64,000 nucleotides of DNA from an uncultured Actinomycetes bacterium (GTDB lineage: Bacteria > Actinomycetota > UBA4738 > HRBIN12), in assembly GCA_963765865.1 (NCBI GenBank), contig CAVXYE010000005.1, positions 59,854 through 123,853 on the forward strand, written 5' to 3'. Under the pieces are notes generated by a model, which was not told where the DNA came from, did not search any database, and was given only the letters and a program-made list of their open reading frames with translations. This document shows positions 63,923-64,000 of the stretch, piece after piece. Within the stretch, counting starts at the first letter, position 1, and each line of letters opens with the position of its first letter. A program made the translations under genes and the position numbers.

Positions 63923-64000
63923 GTGCGAACCTCGGAACGCTCGCGAGGTTTCGGCGCTTCCAGCCGACGGGAGCGGCGGCGTTCCGCCACCACGGCCGCC
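63919..64000 (-). CDS. 3' end of an unidentified gene running off the window
   Basis: The open frame ends ...AAVVAERRRSRRLEAPKPRERSEVRT with a TGA overlapping the GTG of the lipid kinase (GTGA). It is too short to identify. Confidence 0.25.
   Translation of the reverse strand, partial: AAVVAERRRSRRLEAPKPRERSEVRT

Noticed and set aside
1-64000. Search for tRNA, rRNA, CRISPR repeats, transposases, integrases, prophage or toxin-antitoxin modules
   Set aside because: None of the non-coding gaps (all under ~340 nt) shows cloverleaf-like or repeat-spacer structure. No ORF has transposase, integrase or phage signatures. The window looks like core chromosome rather than an accessory island.

Overview
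GC-rich segment with strong G/C bias at third codon positions. It looks like chromosomal core DNA from an actinobacterium: it has CtaF oxidase subunit IV, several F420-type enzyme families, LCP, an LppM-like lipoprotein and a UsfX/SigF-like module. I support about 65 protein-coding genes. I saw no rRNA, tRNA, CRISPR array, transposase or integrase.

Main blocks, in order:
- GH15-otsB trehalose genes.
- An LCP cell-envelope cluster.
- An ilvB-ilvN-ilvC-leuA-leuB-cimA supraoperon controlled by a leader-peptide attenuator.
- dacB, a class-III aminotransferase and serC.
- A bifunctional homocysteine methyltransferase/MTHFR and a 1616-aa NAD-glutamate dehydrogenase.
- pilT, translationally coupled to a 1137-aa zinc-ribbon / degenerate-cyclase / STAND-ATPase / TPR protein.
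- An OmpR-type two-component system beside ctaG, and a ctaC-ctaD-ctaE-ctaF aa3 oxidase operon. Its subunit II carries a C-terminal blue-copper domain, and a cupredoxin-like lipoprotein gene precedes it.
- A SigB/F-type sigma factor with partner-switching proteins.
- An S8 protease, a GGDEF-EAL sensor, and an ECF sigma factor with DUF4232 proteins.

Most interesting observations:
1. Seven GTTY-N15-GGGWA promoters of the SigB/F type sit in front of small stress-type genes, which defines a local regulon.
2. A near-identical 14-bp palindrome (TGACAGRACTGTCA) lies about 70 nt upstream of both the response regulator and the oxidase operon.
3. The CuA subunit II is fused to a cupredoxin domain.
4. 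A BCAA leader-peptide attenuator precedes the ilv genes, and an extra small ORF lies between it and ilvB.
5. Seven otherwise intact conserved genes each carry one frame break. Six are repaired by removing a single base. One, in ctaC, is repaired by removing one copy of a 5-nt tandem duplication. Assembly indel error must be excluded before calling any of these pseudogenes.

I found no clear novel multi-gene system such as a defence island. The pilT-STAND pair and the small-ORF/Cys-protein pair are the least explained modules.
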